Numbered from the stretch's first letter, positions 45,201 through 54,871 are shown. The stretch: DNA of 64,000 nt from Auanema rhodensis (GCA_964057225.1 OZ059894.1:4836001-4900000), one strand, 5' to 3'. The notes: generated by a model not told the origin, from the sequence alone. Program-made: numbers and translations.

Positions 45201-48072
45201 CGAAATTTTTCGAAAAAATTTTTGTCAAAATGTTTTTGGAAGCAATGTTGAGTGTACATGGAAACTCAACATACACTAATGCATCATTTTTCAAACGATC
45301 ATAACTAATTTTTGTATCAAGCGTTTCTTAATGTAGTATAGTGCATTCGATCCGGATTTTTAAGCTGCGTCGATCTGTGTTATCAGATTTGCGCTAGCTT
45401 AAAAATGCACCGAGATATCAACTGATATAAGTTCACACTTATATCCTCGATTTTCACCCTGAAGAAATAATTTTTTCGTTGAATAACATCGTCCATCGTC
45501 TTTGCCTTGAAAAAAGGAATCTAAAAACATCTACTTTTTGCTAAATTATTTTGAAATTTTTCGAAAAAATTTTTGTCAAAATGTTTTTGGAAGCAATGTT
45601 GAGTGTACATGGAAACTCAACATACACTAATGCATCATTTTTCAAACGATCATAACTAATTTTTGTATTAAGCGTTTCTCAATGTAGTATAGTGCATTCG
45701 ATGCGGATTTTTAAGCTGCGTCGATCTGTGTTATCAGATTTGCGCTAGCTTAAAAATGCACCGAGATATCAACTGATATAAGTTCACACTTATATCCTCG
45801 ATTTTCACCCTGAAGAAATAATTTTTTCGTTGAATAACATTGGCCATCGTCTTTGCCTTGAAAAAAGGATTCTAAAAACATCTACTTTTTGCTAAATTAT
45901 TTCGAAATTTTTCGAAAAAATTTTTGTCAAAATGTTTTTGGAAGCAATGTTGAGTGTACATGGAAACTCAACATACACTAATGCATCATTTTTCAAACGA
46001 TCATAACTAATTTTTGTATCAAGCGTTTCTTAATGTAGTATAGTGCATTCGATCCGGATTTTTAAGCTGCGTCGATCTGTGTTATCAGATTTGCGCTAGC
46101 TTAAAAATGCACCGAGATATCAACTGATATAAGTTCACACTTATATCCTCGATTTTCACCCTGAAGAAATAATTTTTTCGTTGAATAACATCGTCCATCG
46201 TCTTTGCCTTGAAAAAAGGAATCTAAAAACATCTACTTTTTGCTAAATTATTTTGAAATTTTTCGAAAAAATTTTTGTCAAAATTTTTTGGAAGCAATGT
46301 TGAGTGTACATGGAAACTCAACATACACTAATGCATCATTTTTCAAACGATCATAACTAATTTTTGTATTAAGCGTTTTTCAATGTAGTATAGTGCATTC
46401 GATGCGGATTTTTAAGCTGCGTCGATCTGTGTTATCAGATTTGCGCTAGCTTAAAAATGCACCGAGATATCAACTGATACAAGTTCACACTTATATCCTC
46501 GATTTTCACCCTGAAGAAATAATTTTTTCGTTGAATAACATTGTCCATCGTCTTTGCCTTAAAAAAAGGATTCTAAAAACATCTACTTTTTGCTAAATTA
46601 TTTTGAAATTTTTCGAAAAAATTTTCGTCAAAATGTTTTTGGAAGCAGTGTTGAGTGTACATGGAAACTCAACATACACTAATGCATCATTTTTCAAACG
46701 ATCATAACTAATTTTTGTATCAAGCGTTTTTCAATGTAGTATAGTGCATTCGATGCGGATTTTTAAGCTGCGTCGATCTGTGTTATCAGATTTGCGCTAG
46801 CTTAAAAATGCACCGAGATATCAACTGATACAAGTTCACACTTATATCCTCGATTTTCACCCTGAAGAAATAATTTTTTCGTTGAATAACATTGTCCATC
46901 GTCTTTGCCTTGAAAAAAGGATTCTAAAAACATCTACTTTTTGCTAAATTATCTTGAAATTTTTCGAAAAAATTTTTGTCAAAATTTTTTGGAAGCAATG
47001 TTGAGTGTACATGGAAACTCAACATACACTAATGCATCATTTTTCAAACGATCATAACTAATTTTTGTATCAAGCGCTTTTCAATGTAGTATAGTGCATT
47101 CGATGCGGATTTTTAAGCTGCATCGATCTGTGTTATCAGATTTGCGCTAGCTTAAAAATGCACCGAGATATCAACTGATACAAGTTCACACTTATATCCT
47201 CGATTTTCACCCTGAAGAAATAATTTTTTCGTTGAATAACATTGTCCATCGTCTTTGCCTTAAAAAAAGGATTCTAAAAACATCTACTTTTTGCTAAATT
47301 ATTTTGAAATTTTTCGAAAAAATTTTTGTCAAAATGTTTTTGGAAGCAGTGTTGAGTGTACATGGAAACTCAACATACACTAATGCATCATTTTTCAAAC
47401 GATCATAACTAATTTTTGTATTAAGCTTCTCTCAATGTAGTATAGTGCATTCGATGCGGATTTTTAAGCTGCGTCGATCTGTGTTATCAGATTTGCGCTA
47501 GCTTAAAAATGCACCGAGATATCAACTGATATAAGTTCACACTTATATCCTCGATTTTCACCCTGAAGAATTAATTTTTTCGTTGAATAACATTGTCTAT
47601 CGTCTTTGCGTTGAAAAATGGAATCTAAAAACATCTACTTTTTGCTAAATTATTTTGAAATTTTTCGAAAAAATTTTTGTCAAAATTTTTTGGAAGCAAT
47701 GTTGAGTGTACATGGAAACTCAACATACACTAATGCATCATTTTTCAAACGATCATAACTAATTTTTGTATTAAGCGTTTTTCAATGTAGTATAGTGCAT
47801 TCGATGCGGATTTTTAAGCTGCGTCGATCTGTGTTATCAGATTTGCGCTAGCTTAAAAATGCACCGAGATATCAACTGATACAAGTTCACACTTATATCC
47901 TCGATTTTCACCCTGAAGAAATAATTTTTTCGTTGAATAACATTGTCCATCGTCTTTGCCTTAAAAAAAGGATTTTAAAAACATCTACTTTTTGCTAAAT
48001 TATTTTGAAATTTTTCGAAAAAATTTTTGTCAAAATGTTTTTGGAAGCAGTGTTGAGTGTACATGGAAACTC

Positions 48073-48229
48073 AACATACACTAATGCATCATTTTTCAAA
48101 CGATCATAACTAATTTTTGTATTAAGCTTCTCTCAATGTAGTATACTGCATTATTTATCATCATTACTAAATTATTTTGAAATTTTTCGAAAAAATTTTT
48201 GTCAAAATGTTTTTGGAAGCAGTGTTGAG
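48073..48229. repeat. Internally deleted satellite monomer adjacent to the element
   Basis: Monomer positions 81-273 (193 bp) are replaced by ATTTATCATCATTA (48153-48166), with a private G>C at 48146. Confidence 0.93.
48225..48229 (+). repeat. Left target-site duplication TTGAG
   Basis: TTGAG is monomer positions 332-336. It occurs once at this site in uninterrupted monomers and flanks the element on both sides. Confidence 0.93.
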
Positions 48230-48444
48230 TGTTCTGTGGATTCACAGAAAATCAGTTCTTTTTAGATCATTTTTTGTGATATTGAATTGTGGAATCGGTT
48301 GAATCTACGTGAAACATTTACGTGATCTCTTTATACCCTTTTTCCAATTTTATTCTTATACGTTGTACCAAACCCATCCGGTTGTTCGGATAATAAGTAA
48401 ATAAATCATTATATATAAATATATGTTTCTATTAATTTGAGACA
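48230..48444 (+). repeat. 5' LTR (215 bp)
   Basis: TGTTCTGTGG...TTTGAGACA; identical by eye to 54878-55092. Confidence 0.97.
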
Positions 48445-48451
48445 TAAAAAG

Positions 48452-48463
48452 TGGTGCATCGGC
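48452..48463 (+). promoter_or_regulatory. Primer-binding site, probably tRNA-Gly(GCC)
   Basis: TGGTGCATCGGC lies 7 nt after the 5' LTR. Its reverse complement GCCGATGCACCA matches the 3' end (with CCA) of invertebrate tRNA-Gly(GCC) as I recall it; not checked against a database. Confidence 0.8.
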
Positions 48464-48563
48464 AAAAGTTATCTTGAGCTCGCATTAAATCAAAAAAAGG
48501 ATAAAGAAATAATTAAAAAGAAAGAAATTAATTAAATTAATAAAAGGTTGATTATATTCAAAA

Positions 48564-50426
48564 ATGAGTTTATATCATCAGAAAATTGAGGCAAAAGTAA
48601 TAATATCAGGTATTCAAAGAAGGATCAATACTACTCTAGCAAAAAGAGAAGAAATAATTCATATTCTTGAAGAATCTGAAAGAATAAAAGATAAAAGTTT
48701 GATTAAATTCAGAGATTATATTTCTTCTTTTAACAATCTTATGGAGAGATCTGTAATTTTGAAAAATGATGAAGTATTTGAAGATATCAAAGAAAAACTA
48801 AAAAAATCCATAATTATTGAAAATTGGATAGCTATAAAAGAAGAAATAGAGGAATTTAAAGAGTTAATCGGAAATAATTCGAAAAATATAATTCATGAAG
48901 AAATAAAAATGAATATGAAACATTTCAACAATATTGAAGAAGATTTTCTTAAAGCAATTGAAAAAGAAAATTTAAGATCAGAATATTCAAATTTTTCTGA
49001 AGACGATACTCAATTTTCAAATGAGAGCGATTTAGAGTCTGAGTATGAACGTTTATCTAACAGATTCACACCCAGAAATAAGATATCAGGAAGTTCACTA
49101 CATAGAATGGAAGATACACTTTCTTATAGTAGAAGAAAAGCAAGAAATATCAAAACATCGCAACCAGATATAATTCTAACTGAAAAAATAAACGAGTTGT
49201 CACAGAAGTTAGAATTGTTATCAAAAAATTTTAAAAATAACGTGGATGTTGGAATGCTTACACCTACTCGATTTGAGAATACCCAATACAACAATTCAAT
49301 TCCTCGATCAAACTTCGAAATCAGTAATAAAAGGGATGAAGTGAACCACAGTTATACTTTATATCAAAAACTCCCAAGAATAGAAATTAAAGAATTTGAT
49401 GGGGATCTCAAAAAATTCAAAGAATTTTATAATATTTTCATGCTAACTATTCATAATAACACAAATTTAACGAATTTAGAAAAATTTTATTACTTAAAAG
49501 CATCATTAAAGGGTTTCCCCGCACAATTAATAGCACATCTATCACTAGATACAAACAATTATGAAAAAGCTTTAACAATAGTAAAAGAAACATTTGATCG
49601 ACCATATGAAATCAAAAAAGAATTAAAAAAGGAACTAAAATATATAAGGAGATCAATCGAAAATCCATATGCAACACGAGAAAACTTCTACAAAATGAAA
49701 TCAATATTAGCAGCATTAGAAGAATATGAAAACATTAATACCGATGAAATTATAGAAACAGTGAAAAGTAAATTTGATATAGAAATAAATACAAAAATAT
49801 CAGAAATTGAAATAGTAGAAAAAAGAAGATTAAACATTTCAGAAATACTCAATTGTATAGAAATAAGAATAGAAGCAACAATTGCTGCTATAAATCAGGA
49901 ATACATTAGAAGAGAAGAAACAAAACCAACATTAAATTTTTTCACTAATTCATCAAATAGATATAACAAAAAATATCATGAAAAAAACGTTGATATCAAT
50001 AAAAAACTAACCTTTGAAAAAGAACCATACAGAAAAGAAACTTCAGCGTGTATATTCTGTAAAATGAATAATCATGAAAGCGCAAAATGTAAAAAAGTAA
50101 CAAATATTCAAGAAAGGAGAAATGTAGTAATAAATAATAAACTATGCTGGATATGTTTTAGACAAAACCATTCATCATTTGAATGTACCAGTAACAAATG
50201 TTGCAATTGTAACGGTAATCACAATGAGAGCCTTTGTTTTAAAATAAAAAATCAAGAAACAAGCGAAATGATTAATAAATCAGAAAAATATAGAGATAAA
50301 ACAAACTTAAGTTACCAAAATAACGAGAAACGATATGATAAAAAAGACATTTCACCAACAGGTGGTAACTCTGAGCCTTTGAGAACAAATTTTCGGTTCA
50401 CCCCAGTGAACGCGGATCATACATGA
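48564..50426 (+). CDS. gag: BEL/Pao Gag-like protein (620 aa)
   Basis: LPRIEIKEFDGD...F...F...IHNN.NL.NLEKFYYLKASLKG.PAQLI is DUF1759-like. Three C-terminal knuckles: CIFCKMNNHESAKC, CWICFRQNHSSFEC, CCNCNGNHNESLC. The N-terminus is charged and probably coiled-coil. Confidence 0.93.
   Translation: MSLYHQKIEAKVIISGIQRRINTTLAKREEIIHILEESERIKDKSLIKFRDYISSFNNLMERSVILKNDEVFEDIKEKLKKSIIIENWIAIKEEIEEFKELIGNNSKNIIHEEIKMNMKHFNNIEEDFLKAIEKENLRSEYSNFSEDDTQFSNESDLESEYERLSNRFTPRNKISGSSLHRMEDTLSYSRRKARNIKTSQPDIILTEKINELSQKLELLSKNFKNNVDVGMLTPTRFENTQYNNSIPRSNFEISNKRDEVNHSYTLYQKLPRIEIKEFDGDLKKFKEFYNIFMLTIHNNTNLTNLEKFYYLKASLKGFPAQLIAHLSLDTNNYEKALTIVKETFDRPYEIKKELKKELKYIRRSIENPYATRENFYKMKSILAALEEYENINTDEIIETVKSKFDIEINTKISEIEIVEKRRLNISEILNCIEIRIEATIAAINQEYIRREETKPTLNFFTNSSNRYNKKYHEKNVDINKKLTFEKEPYRKETSACIFCKMNNHESAKCKKVTNIQERRNVVINNKLCWICFRQNHSSFECTSNKCCNCNGNHNESLCFKIKNQETSEMINKSEKYRDKTNLSYQNNEKRYDKKDISPTGGNSEPLRTNFRFTPVNADHT
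50387..50426 (+). promoter_or_regulatory. Candidate gag-pol recoding signal (-1 slippery heptamer, hairpin, ATGA overlap)
   Basis: A AAT TTT at 50387-50393 is in gag phase. GTTCAC-ccca-GTGAAC hairpin at 50396-50411. Pol ATG (50423) overlaps the gag TGA (50424). Confidence 0.6.
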
Positions 50427-53400
50427 ATAAAATTAGTATAAAATCACTAGTTTCAAATAATAGTAGTGTTTTAGATCAAGAAAATACATTTTTTATATCA
50501 ATTTTTAAAGTAAAAAATAAACATTTAACAGTCATTTTTGACTCATGCTCACAAAAATCATTTATTAGAGAAGAAATAGCAAATAGTTTAAATTTAAAGA
50601 CTTTATCTCACGAAAAAATTCCAATTGGAACAATCGGAAATAAAGAAACAGTGTATAATTCAAAAGTAACTTGTTTAGATATGTCAAATGTAAATATCAA
50701 TGTTTTAACTATTCCAATAATTACAGATGAAATTTGTATACCAGAATTAAGTCATGAAGACTTAAACGAAATTATGCTAATTGATACGCAAGCCAAAAAA
50801 CAGGCTTCAGCAGACAAAAATGAAATAGGTGAATATGCTAATGAGGCCATAAATAACAAAAATCATAAACTGAAAGAGTCTCATGACGAATTAAATTTAG
50901 AAGAAAGTGTTTTTGAATTTTTTATTGGAAAAACGAGAATCGAACCGGATATACTAATCGGAATGGATAACTACTTCAATATTATTCCTAAAAATTTCAA
51001 ATCTTTAATTTTAAAATCAGGTTTAATAGTTCTACCAACTAAAATTAACCCAATAATATGTGGAACAATAAAAACGGAAGAAAGTCAGGAACTTAATAAA
51101 GATCTGAAATGTTTTTTAACAGGAATTAAACTCAAAAAACCTGAAAAGGACACTAAAGAAATTTTGAGAAAAAAGGAAGATGAAATTGCTTGGAAACATT
51201 TCCATGATAATGTAAATATTCAAAATGGTAGAGTTACCGTTGCATTCCCTATAAAAGCAAATATCCAATCAATTAATAACAACTTTGGAAAAAGCTTTGG
51301 TTGTTTGAAAGGTCTAATTAAAAGCTTAGAAAATAAGCAAGATGTTTTAAAGATCTATGATGACACAATCAAAGAACAATTAAGATCAGAAATTCTTGAA
51401 ATAGCCCCAAAAACATGTCATCCATTTTTTACCTATTACATTCCTCATCATTTTGTTCTAAAATTAAGCAGTAACACAACCAAACTGAGGGTAGTATTGA
51501 ATGCATCGAGTAAAACGAAAGGTTCTAAATCTTTAAATGATATCTTATATCAAGGAGAAGGAATAATTCCAAATTTAATAGGCATGCTGATTAGATTAAG
51601 ATTAACAAAAGAGTTTATAATGGGAGATATAGAAAAAGCCTTTCATCAAATAGCTTTAAAAAATGAACATCGTGATTTAACGAGAATATTATGGATCAAA
51701 GACCTTAAACAAGAAATCACTAATAATAATCTGTTATATCTCAGATTCACCAGAATACCATTTGGTGTCAACAGTTCTCCTTTTTTATTAGCCGCTAGTA
51801 TAATATATTTTTTAAAACTAGAAAACAGATATTTTAATGATGATCTGATGAAGAACACATATGTGGATAACATAATGATGAAAATCACGAATGAAAATCA
51901 AAGTTTAAAGTTATATGAAGAAATAAAAAACTTATTTTCTAAGATAAATATGAACGTCAGAGAGTTTTATACTAATAATAAAGAAATTATGGGGAAGATT
52001 CCTGAAAATGACAAAATGAAAGATGGAAACATGAAAATATTAGGTATTAATTATAATAAAAATGAAGATGTGTTTCAAATAAAAATTCCGGAATGGAAAA
52101 ATCAGAAAATAACAAGAAAAAACGTTCTAAGTTTCATAAACTCGGTTTTCGACCCTATCGGAATATCACAACCAATCTTGTTGAAAGCTAAATTATTCAT
52201 GAAGAAATTATGGGAACTGAAAAATGAATGGAACGATGAGATTAAAGAAAAAGAACTAAACGCTGAATGGCAAAATGTCATCAAAAATGTACAAAATACA
52301 ACAATCAACATCCCAAGGCAACTCTTAGTTGAACAAAATCCGAATGAAATTGAATATTTTTTATTTACGGATGCATCAAAAGACGTAATTGCTGCTGTTG
52401 CATACATTGTCGAATATAACAACATGAAAGAAGTGATAAATGTTCAATTCCTGAACTCTAAATCATCCACTATGGTAGAAGGGTCAATACCTATGAAAGA
52501 ACTATCAGCAGTAGTACTAGGTATGAAACTACTGAGAGAAAACATGAAAGAAATTAACGTGAAAATAGAAATGATTAAAATTTTCACAGATTCTCAGGTA
52601 GTCTTACATTGGATATTTAAAAATCCACAGAAAAAAGTATATATCAAAAACAGATTAGAAAAAATAAATTTGATTACTGATGAAATCAAAAATGAAGGAA
52701 AAAAGATTGAATTTTTTTATGTAAAATCAGAATCAAACCCTGCTGACATACCAACACGAGGGATTGACGAAAAGGATGAACAATTTGAAGTTTGGAAAAA
52801 TGGTCCGAAATGGATAAAATCCAAAAATTTATATTTTAATCATATCAAATCTATGGAAGAAGTAGTAAACCCCGAAATTCTCAGTCAAAAAATTTTAAAT
52901 TTCTTAATTAGTTCAAAAAAGCCAATCCAGTATGAAAATTTAGATGGTCTGGTACAAAAATATTCTTCATTTCCAAAATTCATCCAAATAATTAAGAATA
53001 TATTAGTCTTTATTTGCAATTCAAGCATGAAAAATAACTGCAAATTGTCAAAACTATTACAAGGCCTTAAAAATTCAAATTCGGAATCGGAAAAAACTAA
53101 ATTAACAGAATTAATTATTATAAAATTACATCAAGAACAAAATATCGAAAGTTTAGAAAAGAAAAAATATAAATGCCTCGATATAATTAAAGATGAAAAT
53201 GGTATACTAAGAGTAAGAGGAAGAATAGGTGATAAAGAAAATCAAAAAGATAAATATCCTATATTAATTTTCGGAAAAACTCAATATGCCAATTTATTCA
53301 TAACCTATATGCATGGTTTAACACTTCATGCTTCAAGAAATACTTTGATATCGATTGTCAGAAGTGAATTTTTTATAATAAGGTTAAAATCAGTGATAAA

Positions 53401-54544
53401 TAACGTAAACTCAAAATGTATTAAATGTAAAAAACTGAATAACAGACCATATAAATATCCTAACTATCCGCAATTACCAGAATACAGGATAAATCAATTT
53501 AAACCTTTTGAAAATGTAGGAATAGATTATGCAGGTCCACTGTATGTATCAACAGACACTGAAAGAAATAAAAAAGTCTGGATTATGCTCATCACATGTT
53601 TAAGTACTAGAGCAGTTTATATTGATATCGCAGAAAACTGTTCAACAAATGAATTTATTCTGAATATAAGAAAATTTTTTGCACGAAAACGAATACCAAA
53701 AGTCATCATTAGTGACAATGGTTCACAATTTTTAAAATCAGATAAAGTTCTTAAAACTCTATTAGAGCAGAAAGCAATTCAATGGAAATTTATAACACCA
53801 CATTCTCCTTGGAAAGGTGGATTTTACGAAAGACTAATAGGTATTACCAAGAAATATTTGATGAAAACCCTAGAAAATAAGCAAGTTTCACAAAAAGAAT
53901 TAAGCACTATTTTATGCGAAATTGAGAATATCATGAATAATCGTCCATTGACGAATTTAGAAACTGATTTTGATAAAATAATAACACCATTAAGTTTAGA
54001 GGTTTATCATCCGAATAATTTATTGCCAAATTATGAGAATAATGAACAAAAAAGAAATTTAGAATCTAACAATGAGATAAAGAATTGGTTAGAAGTATGT
54101 AACAAGAGAATAGAAAACTTTTGGCTGGAATGGAGTCAACATTACATCGAAGAACTAAGAGCTTCGAATACAAAATTCCGTAATGAGAACCATTTTTCTA
54201 AAATAACACCCAATGTGGGGGATGTAGTACTTTGTGAACAGAGTAACACTAAAAGAAACAAATGGCCTATGGCTATTATAGAGAAACTTATTCCATCAAA
54301 GGATAATGAGATAAGAACAGCAATAGTTAGAAATTCAGATCGAAAAACTTTAAGAAAATCCATAAATCATTTAATTCCGCTTGAGTTGAACATATATTCT
54401 GATATTTATAATCAGAAAAATGAAACGAGTATGGAAACATTAGATCCGGAAACGCTCAAAGAGCAAAATAAGGAAGAAAAAGATGATACATGGAAAAATA
54501 GATTAAGATGTTTAGAGAGAGTAGATTATACAAAATATTTTTAA
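50423..54544 (+). CDS. pol: BEL/Pao Pol polyprotein: aspartic protease, reverse transcriptase, RNase H, integrase (1373 aa from first ATG; frame open from 50375)
   Basis: PR: IFDSCSQKSFI, PDILIGMD. RT: YYIPHH.V.K...TTKLRVV.NAS, DIEKAFHQI, RIPFGVNSSPFLL, YVDN. RNase H: FTDAS, IPMKEL, FTDSQVVLHWI, NPADIPTRG. IN: HGLTLH...CIKC, GIDYAGP, SDNGSQF, PWKGGFYERLIG. A DUF5641-like C-terminal region follows (FW.EW...YIEEL, VGDVVL, KWPMAII). Confidence 0.96.
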   Translation: MNKISIKSLVSNNSSVLDQENTFFISIFKVKNKHLTVIFDSCSQKSFIREEIANSLNLKTLSHEKIPIGTIGNKETVYNSKVTCLDMSNVNINVLTIPIITDEICIPELSHEDLNEIMLIDTQAKKQASADKNEIGEYANEAINNKNHKLKESHDELNLEESVFEFFIGKTRIEPDILIGMDNYFNIIPKNFKSLILKSGLIVLPTKINPIICGTIKTEESQELNKDLKCFLTGIKLKKPEKDTKEILRKKEDEIAWKHFHDNVNIQNGRVTVAFPIKANIQSINNNFGKSFGCLKGLIKSLENKQDVLKIYDDTIKEQLRSEILEIAPKTCHPFFTYYIPHHFVLKLSSNTTKLRVVLNASSKTKGSKSLNDILYQGEGIIPNLIGMLIRLRLTKEFIMGDIEKAFHQIALKNEHRDLTRILWIKDLKQEITNNNLLYLRFTRIPFGVNSSPFLLAASIIYFLKLENRYFNDDLMKNTYVDNIMMKITNENQSLKLYEEIKNLFSKINMNVREFYTNNKEIMGKIPENDKMKDGNMKILGINYNKNEDVFQIKIPEWKNQKITRKNVLSFINSVFDPIGISQPILLKAKLFMKKLWELKNEWNDEIKEKELNAEWQNVIKNVQNTTINIPRQLLVEQNPNEIEYFLFTDASKDVIAAVAYIVEYNNMKEVINVQFLNSKSSTMVEGSIPMKELSAVVLGMKLLRENMKEINVKIEMIKIFTDSQVVLHWIFKNPQKKVYIKNRLEKINLITDEIKNEGKKIEFFYVKSESNPADIPTRGIDEKDEQFEVWKNGPKWIKSKNLYFNHIKSMEEVVNPEILSQKILNFLISSKKPIQYENLDGLVQKYSSFPKFIQIIKNILVFICNSSMKNNCKLSKLLQGLKNSNSESEKTKLTELIIIKLHQEQNIESLEKKKYKCLDIIKDENGILRVRGRIGDKENQKDKYPILIFGKTQYANLFITYMHGLTLHASRNTLISIVRSEFFIIRLKSVINNVNSKCIKCKKLNNRPYKYPNYPQLPEYRINQFKPFENVGIDYAGPLYVSTDTERNKKVWIMLITCLSTRAVYIDIAENCSTNEFILNIRKFFARKRIPKVIISDNGSQFLKSDKVLKTLLEQKAIQWKFITPHSPWKGGFYERLIGITKKYLMKTLENKQVSQKELSTILCEIENIMNNRPLTNLETDFDKIITPLSLEVYHPNNLLPNYENNEQKRNLESNNEIKNWLEVCNKRIENFWLEWSQHYIEELRASNTKFRNENHFSKITPNVGDVVLCEQSNTKRNKWPMAIIEKLIPSKDNEIRTAIVRNSDRKTLRKSINHLIPLELNIYSDIYNQKNETSMETLDPETLKEQNKEEKDDTWKNRLRCLERVDYTKYF

Positions 54545-54871
54545 AGAAAATGAATATATTTATGAATATTTTTTCTTTATATAAATTATTAATTAAAAAG
54601 TAAATGAATAGTATTTAAGCAAATTGTTTTAAATACGGTTTTCCGGTGGGAGCCAATCACGTAAAGTCATGTCATTTTACGTGATACGTGAAAAGAGTAA
54701 AAAAGCCGTGAAATTTATTGTAATTCATCACAAAGGCAACTGATTAAAAACTAAAAATTAAAAGAATTGTAAAATGACCAAGTATATAACATCTATCGCC
54801 ATTGGGCATAAACAGAAATTAAAAAGATATTTTTAGAATTGTTCCTTAACAAACTATAACAAAAGTTCTTT

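Larger units (their letters stand above)
1..48229. repeat. Tandem satellite DNA array, 351-bp monomer (left arm, ~138 copies)
   Basis: AACATACACT recurs at 1, 352, 703 and so on, giving a 351-bp period. 137 monomers precede the one starting at 48073. Monomers differ by a few SNPs and occasional 1-bp deletions (350-bp copies). Monomer 1 has 112/351 G+C by hand count. The array runs off the window start. Confidence 0.99.

Noticed and set aside
1-48229. CRISPR-like or coding tandem repeat interpretation of the array
   Set aside because: There are no unique spacers and no cas genes; the whole 351 bp repeats, and the context is eukaryotic.
48225-48232. 8-bp TSD TTGAGTGT
   Set aside because: The 3' LTR also starts with TGT right after the PPT, so TGT at 48230-48232 belongs to the LTR. 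The TSD is 5 bp.
51646-54363. Three short minus-strand ORFs (80, 107 and 73 aa)
   Set aside because: They are antisense shadows of the A-rich pol frame. Their F/L/I/S-rich composition is expected from reverse-complemented Lys/Glu/Asn codons.
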